DNA of 64,000 bases from Octopus vulgaris. Taxonomy: Eukaryota. The position numbers and the translations under genes were made by a program. The notes below the pieces were generated by a model. That model was given only the letters and a program-made list of their open reading frames with translations, did not search any database and was not told where the DNA came from. The stretch spans positions 38,564,001 through 38,628,000 of the forward strand of contig OX597822.1 in the NCBI GenBank assembly GCA_951406725.2, given 5' to 3'. Shown here in pieces: positions 63,394 to 64,000 of this stretch (its first letter is position 1; each line of letters opens with the position of its first letter).

Positions 63394-63594
63394 CAGTGCT
63401 TTTCAAACTTTTTGCTGGAGCGGAACCCCAATGAAACATTCCACTGGCTCGAGGAACCTCTGTGCAATAATTTAATAGTCTTATGCACACATTTCTGCAC
63501 AGGAGAATTAAAAATTACTGCCGATCTTAGCAGTTTTGTAACTTATTGTGGAACCCCTGGACTGTACTGGCGGAACCCTGGTTGAAAACCACTG
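63394..63594. mobile_element. hAT/Charlie-like MITE
   Basis: TIR CAGTGCTTTTCAA ... TTGAAAACCACTG within (AT)n; flanks ATATATAT. Confidence 0.8.
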
Positions 63595-63604
63595 ATATAT
63601 ATAA

Positions 63605-63902
63605 TGCAGTTCTATATTTAAGAGATGAGGAATTATGTACATTATTTATGTTATTTACAATTGACGGATGCCCATAGGCATATGGCGTAGTGGTTAAGAG
63701 CGCAGGCTGCTAACCCTAAGATTCCGAGTTTGATTCCAGGCAATGACCTGAATAATAATAATAACAACATTGAAAAAATACCTTAGGAATGAGAACCCAG
63801 GTTTGAAATTTCCCTCAGACACCTGATGAAGGCTGGAGAGTATATCAGCCAAAACGTGTTAACAACAAAGATGAGGACAAATATCTGTCAAATGTAAATA
63901 AT
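63605..63902 (+). mobile_element. tRNA-head/(AAT)n/hammerhead repeat preceded by an inverted copy of its own 3' end
   Basis: A-box TGGCGTAGTGGTT, B-box GAGTTTGATTCC, CTGATGA at 63823-63829, stem II GGCTG/CAGCC; 63605-63669 is the reverse complement of the tail seen at 14652-14708. Confidence 0.85.
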
Positions 63903-63949
63903 ATATATATATATGATGATGATGATATATATATATATATACACACACA

Positions 63950-64000
63950 TAGGTGCAGGTGTAGTTGCTTCCCAACTACAGTTCAAGGTTCAGTTCCACT
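63950..64000 (+). mobile_element. Start of a SINE family B copy (runs off the window)
   Basis: AGGTGCAGGTGT...TTGCTTCCCAACTAC...GGTTCAGTTCCACT. Confidence 0.6.

Overview
This is AT-rich, repeat-saturated eukaryotic DNA, not a prokaryotic locus. It contains dense (TA)n/(CA)n/(TACA)n/(GATA)n/(GAT)n microsatellites and several tRNA-headed SINE families. It also holds RTE, CR1, Tx1 and R4-type LINE remnants, Tc1/mariner, hAT and piggyBac-type MITEs and one non-autonomous Helitron. The repeat repertoire is what I recognise from Octopus (coleoid cephalopod) genomes; that assignment is an inference. Almost all ORFs in the supplied track are microsatellite or repeat artefacts. Non-repeat signals are one well-formed 112-bp candidate coding exon on the minus strand (15002-14891), which suggests the window is largely intronic, and a decayed actin pseudogene (minus, ~5570-4930) split by a LINE fragment. 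The most unusual observation is a short repeat family (three copies) joining a tRNA-like Pol III head to a minimal type I hammerhead-ribozyme motif of the kind known from Penelope-like elements. Two other hammerhead-like repeats and several long hairpin or inverted-duplication structures are also present. All coordinates were read by eye, and boundaries of decayed repeats are approximate.
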